Source: Octopus bimaculoides (taxonomy: Eukaryota). Taken from it: a DNA stretch of 64,000 bases. Where the stretch lies: positions 37,050,687 to 37,114,686 of the forward strand of contig NC_068982.1 in the NCBI RefSeq assembly GCF_001194135.2, in the 5' to 3' direction. How positions within the stretch are numbered: the first letter of the stretch is position 1; the number at the start of each line of letters is the position of its first letter. Both the position numbers and the translations under genes were made by a program. Below the pieces are notes generated by a model that worked only from the letters and a program-made list of their open reading frames with translations, searched no databases and had not been told where the DNA came from. Shown here piece by piece: positions 24,531-36,925 of this stretch.

Positions 24531-27500
24531 AGCCGAGTCGTTAAGTCTCATGTGTTATTGTTATGCAATCCAGTGATAGTTCTAATACAAGCATCAATCA
24601 GTTTGATCCTCCTATGAACAAAAAAAGAAATTTGTCAACAATAATGGAACATTTTTAAAAAAGTGAGAAAAGTCCTGTTTCTTTTAACTTGTAGTATTTC
24701 TCTGCCTTTGGATGACATAAAATATCTCTAACTATATAATTATACCTATCTAATAATGCCTCTACTTCATTTATTGCATCCATGATTTACAAAGTATCTA
24801 ACATTTGCATAGCTCTGCCTGGTCTCTTAGCTGATATGTTTAATTATTTTTGTTAACTCTGTAACATTACCAAAGGGCGGATCTTTGGATTTGCTTGTTA
24901 CCTGCTTAAGTTTATTAGGCAGGTAAAAACTTAGTTATTTTGCCAGAATATGAAGGAGGCTTTGCAAGTGAGAGGTATCATCTGTCTCATCCAGTTGTGT
25001 TATATATAGAAGCTGTAAATCTCTTTTTAAACTGACTGGCAAAGTAAAAGAAGCTTTGTTTAATAAGTTTTTCTCAACTTTATTGCTTAATATAATCACT
25101 TCTGTTTTAGTATGATATCCTTGTTAGTAAGATCTTCCTACCTTTTCTGGCTGTTATTCATTCTGTATTGATAGTCCTTGTTATCAGACAATAATTTGTT
25201 TCTTCTCGCAGAGTACTAAATTCAAGTGCCAAAAGAGCATTTGCACTACTTTCGATAAGCAATGTTTGTAAGATGACATATAAGATAGTTGCCTAGCAAG
25301 ATTAATCTACAAATTTCTCTATCTGCTAAACTTACAACTCAGTCGTATCAAATGTTTGCATTTTTACAATTGACTGCAGTTTCTAAGACTTTCCCTAGCA
25401 AAAAAGAAAAAGAAAAACTAACACAACAATGATGACAATTAGGATTGCAATTAGATAGTCACAAACTGTCGGTATTAGTTCTAAAGACACCTTTTGTTGC
25501 TTACTTTTTTATTTTTAAAAGAATTGATATTTGTATGTGGCTTTTTTTTCTTAAGAAAGTTTCTTGTTGGTGATGGGATTACATACAGTCAATAATAGGC
25601 TCTCCTCACATATACACACTTTTGTAAAGTATATAGAACACAACTGTGCTAATCTTAGAAATATTTTTGATGGTGCCTCATATTTTAAAATGCTAAGTAT
25701 AAAATCAAATGAATACTGATAAGAAAAATTAGCAGTATATATTATGCTCTGTTAAATATAGACTGCGGATTATTATTGTAGGACTACATTTTTGAGTTAA
25801 ACTCACTTTCTTTTGAAATATGTAACTCTCTTCTTTTTTCAATTTCTCTTTACATTAGGTAAATTCCTTTATGGTCTGAATTGTTATTTAGAAAATTTTA
25901 AAAATTGGTGTGTTGTATATTTTCTGATGACAATTGTCTTTCAGTGTACCTAATTAAAATCACAATACAATTGTGTCTGTACTTTTTTTTTTTAATTTTT
26001 TTTTTATTTTTTTGCATGAAATTGTAATTTTGTAGCCAACAGCTATTTAAAGACTGTCTGTTTTCAACTGTGTACTTTTAATTTTAGGGTTGGCTAGGTT
26101 CAGTTATATTTATACATTTTAAATGTGAGCAAAATCTGGAACTACAAATGACCAGACAAAAAACTTTGTAATTTGATGATGTTAAGTAATAAATTACTAA
26201 TAAAGAATTTTGGACAAACTGAAAAATTCTAGCTAGGTTATGCAAAGGAGTAGACAATGTTTGGTATTGCTTTCCTTTTGTGCTCATCTAAGAACCAAAG
26301 AATTATGGTGATTCTTAACCAACTAGATATCCAGCATAACACTTTTATCATCATATATGGTAATGGTGTAATAGATCAAAATCCAAGGGAGTGGTTTCTC
26401 TTTTAGTGAAAATTACATAAAAGTGAGTTCATTTTGTCAGTGAGCAGGGAGCTTTGAAAATATGATTCTATATAGCTTCAATTAATAATTATAATAATTG
26501 TAGTGTTTTTTTCTTTCAATTGCATGATAACATGGCATAATTTGGAATGTTTCATCATTTCTTTAATATGGAAAATTTTCCACTTAGTAAACTATTGCAG
26601 GCGAAGTAATGTATTTAAATAAGGTTTAGACTTGTGGTTTTTTTTGGCTACTAATCCATCATCTTAGTCTTGCAATGAGTAAGTTATGCTTTCGCAGATA
26701 TTCTTTTATGTTAACATAGGTGAGTTTGTTTGTTTTGTATTGTTCCTCCACCCCCACCTCAGCTAGCCTCTGCAAATGGAAACTCTTGCAAACTCTCAAA
26801 ACAATTGTTTTATGGCTGCACTTTCTATCACTAACTTTTCAACTATGAAGTACATTTTTCAATGGGGTATAGGGCAAGACAAAAATGTCTGATGTATTAA
26901 GGTTTGAACTCATGACCATTAAGTCTGTAGTCAAGCTCCTTAGACTATGATAAGACTTTCCACTCATTTTCATCTTCATTCTTAGAAATCAATTACACAT
27001 TAATATGTTTGTCTCTCTGTTTAACTTAAGGAAATAATTGCTATACAGTAGTATTTCTTCCTGTATGTGCTGTATAATATTTTTTGGTAAACTGCTCCAA
27101 GTTTGGTTTCACATATAGATATTTTAAATCTATTATTCCATTTCTTTCTATGAATATGCCTACTTTTGATGCTGTTTATTGTTAAGATTATAGAATCTAC
27201 TCTAAATGTTAGTGACCTTATTTCAAGACAGTAAGTTCTTCTTTCTGCTGCATATGTAATAAGATTTCATAGCTGTTATGTCATTGTTTTCAAACATAGC
27301 TAATGATTTTTAATTCATATTGGTAAAATACAGTTTATGTAATGCTTATTGCACTTCAAATTTCTTTGTTTAAATATATTCAACTATTGATCAGTTAAAG
27401 CAAAGAAATATTTAAAAAAAAAAAATTTTTTTAATCAACCATATATGCCTTAAATGTTTTGCTAAAATTTAACACCTCCCCCACCACCAAAAGAAATTAT

Positions 27501-27544
27501 AGCTAACTGCATACGTTTGCAATAAAAGCTATTCAACAAAGTGG

Positions 27545-27951
27545 ACATAACAGTATAGTAAATAGTTTATTTTACAACCATATGGTTTTGAGTTTGTTCT
27601 CATTAAGTAACACCATGGTCAGCTTCAGGAGTGACTGATGCTCTGCAAGGGAAATTAGCAAATGGAAACTATGCAGAAGCCTGTTTCATGTGCACATGCA
27701 TGTATGTTATCCCATTTGTTTCCTAACATTGTTTACATGCTTTAGCATAAAATAATGTCACTGTTTCATCAGTGGTGTCATTGTTTAATGCTGGCCATTG
27801 AGCAATCAAGGGAATAAATACCTTACTTGGAAACGAGTACAGGATAGCAACAGGAAGGGCCTCTGGCCATAGCATACTGTCTCAACAAGTCTTCATCCAG
27901 CCCATACTTGCATAGAAAAGAGATGGATGTAAAAATGATAATGATGATGAT
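27545..27951 (+). mobile_element. SINE family B head with tail type 2, degenerate
   Basis: aaccatatggttttgagttt head, ccttacttggaaac...caggaagggc body, (GAT)n tail. Confidence 0.6.
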
Positions 27952-28739
27952 GTTCAAAACCATACTTTTAATGACAATGTATTGAACTAAGCTTACAAGT
28001 ACTTAGAGCCTGTAAGGCCTACAATTCATAGCCTTAATTAGTGGTTTGTAAATATGCAAGGTTTTTCATCTTTTGACATCGTTTAATTAATTTAGAATAA
28101 TCCACTCCCTTCAACAATTACAGGCTATGAATAGAATGATTGCCAATTAAAGCAGACCTTTTGTGTGTGATAATTCTAATTAAATTTAGTCGTCAGCTTT
28201 CACATTCTCTTGAATTTATATTATTAATATATATGGTACAAATTGCTCTATTTCTCTCATGTTTTCCCCTCACTTTATCATATTTGTGCACATATAATAG
28301 ATTATTTGCTAGCAATTTTAATATTTGCCTTTTATATAATATATAAGAGATTGGTTATTCATTTTCAAATTCTTTGAAATTGCATGATTTTTATATTTAT
28401 TTGGAAAGGAAAATTAGATTTGCTCCACATGATACTTTGAACTTTGGCATCATCCTTTTTAGCAGCACTATCATTATTACCATTGCCATCAGCATCTTCT
28501 TCATAATTTATTACATATTTTATTTCAAATAGCATGTTTATGGCAGGTCCTGCTGGCAATAAGCTATCATGTTATCAGATGCTTAACCTGTAGCAGTATA
28601 GTTTAATGTGTACTAGTATATGTATAATTTGAATCTTTTACAGTTGTATGTATTTCAAAATGCTAAATTGCAGAATATGGAGAAAATGGGTGAGAAATAG
28701 TTTTTAAAAAAGTGTATAAAGTATGCTTATATCTAGTGT

Positions 28740-29100
28740 ATGTGGTTGTGTGGTTAACTTCCCAAACTACATGAATTGGGGCTCAATCCCACTGTGTACC
28801 TTGGGCAAATACCTTCTATATCTTCAGATTGACTAAAGCTTTGTGAATAGATTTTGTGGAAGGAAACTGAAAGAAGCTTGTTGTATATGTATATCTGTGC
28901 ATGTATCATTGTCTTGATTTCATGCATCACTATCATACAAGCAATGTCCTTTGCTTCCAATCTTCCTTTAAATTTTGTCCGGTTGTGGAGAAATATTGCA
29001 TTACTTGAAAATAGTTTAGAGTTGGCAACAGGAAAGGCATCCAGCCATAGAGAATCTCTTCAAAGGAATTCCACTTGGTTCATACAGTCATGAGACGTAA
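28740..29100 (+). mobile_element. SINE family B head with tail type 2
   Basis: gtggttgtgtggttaac...ccttgggcaaataccttc...ggaaactgaaagaagc, TA hinge, then catacaagcaatgtcc...gttggcaacaggaaaggcatcc. Confidence 0.7.
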
Positions 29101-29344
29101 CAACAGCAGTGGTGTGGCAATAACAGAGAAATTTTATTTCTCAACCACATGATTTGAAGTTCATATATATATACACACACATGTATGTATGTATGTATGT
29201 ATTTATGATAGCAAAGGAGAATGGGCACCAGCCAACCCCAAGGTTGGGGTGGGCTGCACCTGCCTACCTCGGTTGCTATAGCATTTTTGAATAATTTAGA
29301 CAACAGTTTATTCACCACACTCTTTATGTATGCATATACACACA

Positions 29345-29498
29345 TATATATATTGGCATTAGGAAGGGCATCCAGCCACCGAAACCATGCCAAATCTGAC
29401 TGGAACTTGGAGCTCTCCAGCTTACCAGTTCCAGTCAAACCACCTAACCCATGCCAGCATGGAAAGCAGATGCTGAATGATAATGATGATGATGATGA
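29345..29498 (+). mobile_element. RTE-tailed SINE 3' body (tail type 3)
   Basis: ttggcattaggaagggcatccagcc...cccatgccagcatggaaagcagatgctgaatgataatgatgat. Confidence 0.8.
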
Positions 29499-29499
29499 T

Positions 29500-29650
29500 A
29501 TATACACACAATGGGCTTTCATGCAGTTTCTATCTACCAGTTTCACTCACAAGGCATTAACTGGTCTGAAGGTATAACAGAAGACATTCAAGATGCCACT
29601 GCATTGCATCATAAACAGTTTTCTTCTGAACATGAAACCACATCATTTTG
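29500..29650 (-). mobile_element. SINE family B head, reverse orientation
   Basis: cagtttctatctaccagtttcactcacaaggc...atgccactgcattgc...aaccacat. Confidence 0.65.
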
Positions 29651-32118
29651 AGGCAGACTTTGCAACGTTTTCTTGTAAATAGCTTTAAAAGGAACATTTC
29701 CTTGTAAAATTGCATCTTAGATTTTATAACTTTACAATCCATAATCTTTCTGTTTACACTCAGTTTCTTATATTGATGTAAGGAATTACTTTAAATCTTT
29801 CTGATTATAGCTATTATTTATACATGGACATGAAATTGCATAGTTTTTAGCTATTTGTGAAATAATATATCCAAACAATTGTAGTACTTCAAACAATAGT
29901 AATGAAATAATTAACTGAAAAATCTACTTAATAATAAAGATAATGTACAGCAACAGTGAATTTACTTTCTAGCCTTTTGAAATTCTAACTAAAATTATAT
30001 GCCTATGAAATAATCTCTTAAGTTCTTATGAATTTTGGAAGCATTACAAATTTCTTATTACAGTATTCTTTGTTGCTTTATTTACTCAGAGGTAAAAGAC
30101 AATAATTGCTGTCTGTAAGTTTTAAATTTATAAGTATGTGGTCAGTAGACTAATGCTTTGACTACAGCTATTGTATCTCATTGGCCATTTTCTCTTAAGA
30201 AGGTTCATGTCTTGTAAGTTTACTTCATGCACATTTCTTTTATTCATATTTTTCTTTTTCTGACATTCAGTGCTACATGTGAAGGTCAATAAAATTACTG
30301 CTTCTTCTCAAATAATATTTTACTCACTTCCTGACGTTTCAGATATGTCAATCTTCGGCTCTAATTATTTTTTTAACTTTATATATCTTATTCATAAAAT
30401 TGAGGTGCTAGTCTATACTAACCATTCTATTGTTATTCAGTTCCATCAACTTTTTTTGGTTGTAATTCATTTCTTACAATAGAAACTAAATGAATCAAAT
30501 ATGTTCTGTATCATATTTACTGAAGGTTAAAAGGTCACTTCTAGGAACTTCTTTTCTATGACCTGTCTTGGACTTCAATTTCTGCACTTCTATGTTATGC
30601 TTAAATTTGCCTAAGTCCTAATCTGTCTGGCCATATAATACACAGATGTTGTATTGGTTATGGACTTTTTACAAAATGCAGAATCTGAAGATGGATGTCT
30701 TGGAAGTTTGATAGTAAGCTATTTTTTGTGCTTGATTTTATTCGTTTTATCATTTTAATATTATTCTCTTTATTCTCAAGAGTCAACATTTCTCTATTTT
30801 ATACTTCTGTTTAAATAATCTGAATGCAAGATGTCACTAAAGTTTTTAGTTCATCCAAAATTTCATATTTAATTTCTTTTTTCCTTTTCCTTTTTTTTAA
30901 ATTTTTTATATATCTCAGTTACCTACACTTTACTGCCAGTCACATTAGCTAAGAAAATGAAATATTTAAAATTCAGTCCTTACTAAATATAATTGAACTC
31001 CTAACTAGTCACTTAAACTCTACAATTTATTATATACATTTCAATAGGAAAAATCTTGCACTAATAGACACACAATTTTATGCAAATATTTTTTTAGTTT
31101 CTCTTGTTTTTATCTACTTCTTTGTTACTGGTATGAACATTTCATTTTTCTATGTGCACTTAACTATAAGCTAAGTTTCATTGTATTCTATATAAAATGA
31201 AATTGTAATCAACAGGTTTGTAAGGTTTTTCACATTTGAGAACATGGAAACTCATTTCAGTTACACCATATTGTGCTAGATTCTTTGCTGAGTTTACTGA
31301 ATGGATTCTAAGCTTTGTGTATATTAATTCTTGTATTTCTATATTAATTGTAATTAAGGACTGCAACATTTTTGTTTGCATTGCTCGGTTATCATCATAG
31401 TTAAAACCAATATTTATAATTTTGTATCCATCAGTAATAATATACCAAGACTGTTCACAGAGACCCCTAATAATTTCTATAGAATTTAACACTTTAGCAT
31501 TTAAACCAACCACATCTACATGTTCCACATGTTTTTTATGTTCAAACTGACCAAATTTGGCCTCTCACACTTACCATACAATGTCATTGTAAAAATGTAC
31601 TATAATTGCACTGAAATCTAGAAGTAGTGAGATAATGTATGATTAATTCGAACCAATAAACATTATGCTTGACAAAATAAACTGAATGCTAAATGGTTAA
31701 GTTATATCTAGAGCTACTCTGAAAATATGTATCAACTAATTTTATGTATTTAAGCTTACTACTTAATTTTTGTGTTTAATTTTCAAATTATATTAATCCA
31801 TCTGCTGTTAAACTACTGAACAAAAAATATTATTCACCCACACCTCCCTTTTCTTTTAATCTATGCTGTCCATAGATGGGATTGAATTTTGTAAATTTTG
31901 AATGCTTCTGTAATGTTAGAATATTTGATACTAATTGTATGCTATCCACACTATCAATCTTGTGAGGTATGACTAGGACCTGATTTATAGCCAGAAATTA
32001 TAAAACAAAGGGAAATGTTTTTTATTATACCTTCACCTTATTGTAAGATCATGTCCACAGGTGCTCATCACTCTCAGTTATTTTGATCATATACTTATTT
32101 TTGTTTTTAAATTTTCAG

Positions 32119-32274
32119 CTCCAGTTAGATAACATCAAAGCTAATGCAGAGACAAGGAAAGCAAATTTATCCATGACTGTTCCCCTTTGGTTCCAATTTC
32201 GACGTCGAGTTGAAGAATTTCACATTGCTCTAGATGGATTAGAACTTGTTTTAAAAGAAACTACTCAAAGAGAT
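32119..32274 (+). CDS. Dys: Next coding exon of the same gene (end of ~R14, helix A of ~R15): LQLDNIKANAETRKANLSMTVPLWFQFRRRVEEFHIALDGLELVLKETTQRD
   Basis: Acceptor ttgtttttaaattttcag, consensus donor GAT|gtaagt, 156 nt phase 0-0, lies inside ORF 32083-32382. WFQFRRRVEEFHIALDGLE parallels recalled human dystrophin WYQYKRQADDLLKCLDDIE, and the exon continues the helix begun in the upstream exon. Confidence 0.82.
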
Positions 32275-32714
32275 GTAAGTACTTATAAAGGTGACATGTT
32301 TGACTTTTATCAAATGATTGATTACACCTTCAAGAATATTTATACTTTTTGCACTATTAAGTTATTTTATACATACTTTTAAAAAAAACCCTAATTGATT
32401 TTATATCTCATAAAATTCTTAGGTTTCACCTCTAAAGGAGAACAATATTGGGTCTTTTTATTATTTCAAATTTCAGATATTATGGTTGTTTTACTTTTAA
32501 TACAATTTTATTTATTTTGCCTCCATCATTAACAACTTTTTTTAACTTTCAGAGTTCTCTTGCTATTTAACTGACAAATGGATTCTTAACAGATATTTCT
32601 TTTATGCTTTCAATATTATTGAGTTAATTAAACTGTCTATGCCTTTGTTCCATCAAAACAAAAATGTAGTCTTGTATCATATTTGTAATATTTCTCTATT
32701 GTTTTACTTTTGAG

Positions 32715-32890
32715 AAATGTGTTGTTGTATCTCCAGGTTAATCTTGATCATATGGGCTTGTGGTTAAAAAAATTCCAACAATGACAATCTATCTTTTGTT
32801 TATCTATGAATACATTAGCCAATAGTCCTTTTTAAAATGTTAGGTATGATCTGAGGAAAATTTGGCTGCTCTTTCTAGCATGATAAACAA
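32715..32890 (-). mobile_element. SINE-like family D copy
   Basis: ctccaggttaatcttgatc...gatctgaggaaaatttggctgctctttctagcatg. Confidence 0.55.
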
Positions 32891-33766
32891 CAGAGAAGTG
32901 TGTTAGAGAGCAAAGTTCATTTTAAAACCTGATCTGATCTGTTTAATATATCAGTATTGGACACTGTCAACCAAAATTCTAGACAGAATAGAAAAAGAAG
33001 CTCAATGATGCAGCTCAAACAGTGCCAGACGACAGCTACAGGATTTGATTCCTATAAGTAGACATCTTTCATTTTTTTAATTTTTTTATTTATCTAATAT
33101 CAATTGCATTAAGATTTTAAGAGTTAGACACATTGTTTAAAATATCTTGTTTTCTCTATCACAAATTGAGTATTTACACTGGTTTTTCTATTGTTATGTC
33201 ACTTTGATTGAATTTTCTCTTCTCTATGATCTACATTAATAAACCCTTTTAATTTTGTACCATTGATTTCAAATTCCCTACTAAACCTGATTATATTTAT
33301 GTAAGACCTTTTATTTGAATGCACAATTCCAATATATAGTGTGTGGTTGAAAATATTTTTAAACAATTGCATAACTGTTAAATCAATTACAATATGAAGA
33401 TAAACTTTAGAAAATAGCTTAGAATATTATCATTCAAGTAATATTTTATTGAGAAACAAATTGTGAAGAAATTTGTTTGAATTTTTCCTCTTTCATGAAA
33501 TCAAATCTTTTTCTTGTGGTCAAAATATTTTTTAGTGCTAAGAATGTGCCAGAAAGTCATGTATTTGAAAGAAGGTGCAGAATATCATTAAATTTTTTTC
33601 TGCTGTAGGTTTTATTTGGTGACATGAAGTGTGTATCTTTATCTCATGTGACAAAGGAAAAGTTTCAGCCTGTCTGTCAATCATGACAGTCATGCCTCCC
33701 CACCTTATGTCACTTTTCTTTTATTAAAATTCAGTATGTCAACAGATTTGATCATTCACTCTGTCA

Positions 33767-33976
33767 CAATGATTCTCAAACCCTTTTTTTTTTTACTTCT
33801 GGACCCCTTTGATTCCTTTTTATTTGGGTTGACCCTCATAACCAGTTGATGCTTAAAAAATCCTATTATACTTTATAATTAAATATTGTTAGGAGTTGCG
33901 TATTGTAGAAGTACAACCAATTTACTGTGCATACATTTTAATAAAATCTTATATAGACCTCAGCTGAGAACCTCTG
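33767..33976. mobile_element. hAT (Charlie-like) MITE, ~210 bp
   Basis: Imperfect TIRs caatgattctcaaac / agctgagaacctctg (CAGTGGTTCTCAA type). Flanking 8-mers ctctgtca and ctctaaca match 6/8, consistent with an aged 8-bp target-site duplication. Confidence 0.6.
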
Positions 33977-35043
33977 CTCTAACAGTTCCTTCTAAATTCC
34001 TTGTAAGGTTTGCACTACCTAAAGTTTGTTCCCCATCAGTTTATTGTAGATCTAATCACTTAGTTTTATTGATGAATGCAGTGTAGGCATCAAGTTTGCA
34101 ACTATTAGAAATTTAAAAAGTATTACTTTGCTCTGAACATTTTCATACAAGTACTTCTACATATTTACTTTTACTGTAGTGTCCATTAAAGCTAGATTTG
34201 TTATATGTCATGCTTCAAGTAACACTTTTCACATCTTACCATTTCTAATAGTGTATGAAAAATGCCAGACAGTATTATTAGTAGTGATTAGTAAATTATT
34301 TCAATTCAAAAAAAAAAAAAAATCATGAATTTCCTTACATTAACAGACAAATGTATGTCAGTAATTTCTTCAGAATTATTCCATTTAATTTGGTTATTCA
34401 GTTTCTATTATTGGTACTATCTGTTATTCGATTAGAGCTATTTATATCTCATTACCTATTTCAAACTCCATACAAATCTTGCTAGCTTTCAGTTCAGACA
34501 TATGTAATTTGTTTACCTTCAATATTCTCTGAGTTACTCTTCATTCTTTATTGGTGTTTGCGCAAGTCTTTATTTTTACTGCATATGTCCTTTTACAGTT
34601 CACTTAATTTACTTGTCAATTATTACACAAAGGCATTGAATGCCTAAATACAAATCTCAGTTATGGTTTGGGATTGAACCTGCTTCTAATTAGATTATCT
34701 TATTTTTTTGTGCTTTTTTTTATGAAGATTTTATTAGTTTCTAGAATTAAGAAAGTTGTGACTAAATAGCTGTCTGGCTTAGAATTATCTATTATTGGAT
34801 TCATTAAATTGTTACTGTTAGATCACTTCTTTTGTTCTGTAATCACAAATGTTAATTGCTTGAAATTGCTCACAAATCTTTTTAAAAGTTCAGTTGGCTT
34901 CTCCTGTAATAAGACAGGAATTATGTTATTTTCAGATAAATTTCAAAACGCTACCAATTACACTGATAGTCATTGTCTACTTCCATGATATTCATCTATT
35001 GTAGGTAGAAAAGTTACTTCTTTTTACAAAATTAGCTTCTAAA

Positions 35044-35057
35044 GTGTGTGTGTGTGT

Positions 35058-35108
<51 letters not shown>
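35044..35108. repeat. Compound microsatellite (TG)n(TA)n(CA)n
   Basis: Directly visible. Confidence 0.95.
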
Positions 35109-35274
35109 TCAACGCTATCATAGGAAATCTGAAGTTTTTGCTGATATGAACTGAATAGGAGCTCAGAACACTGACATATTTAAGTAATTATTTACTGAAT
35201 TACCAGTAGAGGTGGAAAATTTCACTCTGAAAATCTTGTAAGTTCAGAAAGAATTTGATGTTGAACATATATAT

Positions 35275-35410
35275 GCAGGCATACCATGACCATGTGGATA
35301 CAGGATTCACTTTGTAACCATATATTGGCACCTTGAGCAAGTGTCTTTTGTTGTAACTGACCTATAACTTGTGAGTGACATTGATAGACAGAAACTATAT
35401 GGAAGCTTAT
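35275..35410 (+). mobile_element. SINE family B head, degenerate
   Basis: ggcaccttgagcaagtgtcttttg...cttgtgagtgacattgatagacagaaact. Confidence 0.65.
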
Positions 35411-35676
35411 TTTTGTGTTTGTGTGTGTGTATATACCTACACACATACATGAGTGTATACATATGCATAAATGTTTGCTTTCCACATGTCTTTGTGTAGC
35501 ACTGTCTCAGAGACAATGGTATCTGTTTACATCTGTAAAAAGCTCATCCTGTAACTTTGATTTTGTCATTTTAAGACCACTGGAATATAAATACATTACG
35601 TGGAAATAGGTAGAGTTTGGCAATAAGAAGGAGATCTGGTGATAGAATACTGCCTTAATGAGTCTTATTTAACTAA

Positions 35677-35865
35677 ATGTAGTCTTTGTAAACCAGTACT
35701 AATAATACTGAAGACATGAGGCCACTACCAGAGATTAGATATTACTAAGCATTTGCAGCAACTTTGTGTTAGCAATGTATTATTCATTTGCTGTGGTGTG
35801 TAGTGCAAAACTATTTCCTTGATATTTAAACATGTTCTAGTATTGTAAAAGGACTAGGCTGTCAT
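35677..35865. repeat. Arm A of a 189-bp inverted repeat (partner 37237-37425)
   Basis: Base-by-base comparison by eye: 4 mismatches, no indels. Confidence 0.95.
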
Positions 35866-35870
35866 ATTTC

Positions 35871-36046
35871 CATTCTCTTTGGTTTAGAAAATATGAAAAT
35901 ACTATGGATATTGTCCCCTTCCTATAGCTGAATATTTATAAAATCTTCCAAAAATATTCTTTTGACATAAACATCATAAATGCAAGCAGAAGTATAATCC
36001 TAAGTAGAAGGAAATTCTTTAAATTTCTATTGATGCTACTTCAATA
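35871..36046. repeat. Copy 1 of a 176-bp direct repeat B (partner 37911-38086)
   Basis: Offset exactly 2,040 bp; about 10 mismatches by eye, no indels. Confidence 0.95.
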
Positions 36047-36137
36047 GAAAAAAGTATGCATAAGACTTATGTTGTTGGTGATATGGATTGATATATTTAT
36101 GTAGGTAAATGGAAATTCATACATTAAACCACCTTCT

Positions 36138-36330
36138 GGCAACAAGGCAGCAGAATCAGTAGCATGCTGGACAAATTGCTTAAGTAACATTTCTTCTCGC
36201 TTTACATTCTGAGTTCAAATACTGTTGAGGTCAACTTCGCTTTTCATTCGTTTGGGGTCAATGAAATAAGTGCCAGTTGAGCACTAGGGTTGATATAATC
36301 AACTAGCCCCCTCCCCTAAAGTAGAAAGAA
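36138..36330 (+). mobile_element. SINE family A copy
   Basis: cattctgagttcaaatactgttgaggtcaacttcgcttttc...ccccctcccctaaagtagaaag. Confidence 0.75.
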
Positions 36331-36629
36331 AATAGATATACTAGACCACCTTAGTGCATTACTGTCAGTACTTTTAGACAGACATTAATGTAGTCATTTT
36401 AACAGTTAATTAGCTGATAAAAAAACATGTACTGGCATTCACAGTCACATAGTTTGGGGTTCTGCCCCACTTTATGGTATCTTTGATAAGTGCCTTCTAC
36501 TTTAACCTCAAACTGATTTACCCTTTACCATTCACATTATTCTGTATTGTGTAATTTGTCTCACATTGGCTTGCATGTATGTAACTCAGTTACATATGCA
36601 TGCACACACATACACAGTACTGAAAATGT

Positions 36630-36925
36630 GTTGACATGACTGTGTAGTTAAGAAGTTCACTTCACAATTACATGGTCTCAAGTCTGATTCCATTGCATAG
36701 CATCATGGGCAGTTGACTTCTTTTATAGCTTCAGGCTGACTTATGCCTTGTGAGTGCACCCAGTACACTCTGTAAAGTGTTTGGTGTTAAGAAGGACATC
36801 CAGCCATAGAAGCCATGCCAAACCAGACATGTGGAGCCTGGTGCAGCTCTCCAATTTGCTAACTCCTGTCAAAACATCCAACCCATGGCAGCATGGAAAT
36901 GGACATTACATGATGATGATGATAT
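36630..36925 (+). mobile_element. SINE family B head joined to tail type 3
   Basis: gactgtgtagttaagaagttcac head, then gtgcacccagtacactctgtaaag...cccatggcagcatggaaatggacattacatgatgatgat. Confidence 0.7.

Larger units (their letters stand above)
13578..32118 (+). other. 18,541-bp GT-AG intron between the two dystrophin-like exons
   Basis: gt at 13578, ag at 32117-32118. The flanking exons join in frame into a continuous spectrin repeat; no convincing exon found in between by eye. Confidence 0.65.

Noticed and set aside
29088-29577. Long overlapping ORFs (152 and 118 aa); similarly 40828-41229, 48894-49439 and 24104-24617
   Set aside because: They run through SINEs and microsatellites or are antisense to LINE coding remnants; no independent coding signal.
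31178-31528. IITDGYK and HSVNSAKN resembling Merlin/IS1595 transposase motifs; EKPYK resembling a C2H2 linker
   Set aside because: Motif spacing (~40 aa) is far longer than in Merlin transposases, and there is no Cys/His zinc-finger pattern.
13577-32119. Possible conservation of intron position with human DMD intron 39
   Set aside because: As I recall, the human exon 39/40 boundary falls after ..HNALK, about seven codons downstream of the junction here, so the positions do not coincide.
32955-33057. Exon-like purine-rich stretch containing IEKE and NSARRQLQDL, reminiscent of the next dystrophin segment (IDRE...NAVRRQAEGL)
   Set aside because: That frame has an in-frame TGA, the spacing is wrong, no phase-0 acceptor/donor pair gives a sensible peptide, and the DNA loosely aligns to the reverse complement of ~17095-17170, i.e. 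the flank of repeat family D.
36572-36604. Small hairpin tgcatgtatgtaact-c-agttacatatgcatgca
   Set aside because: Low-complexity TA/TG/CA context makes such palindromes common; too short for a pre-miRNA.
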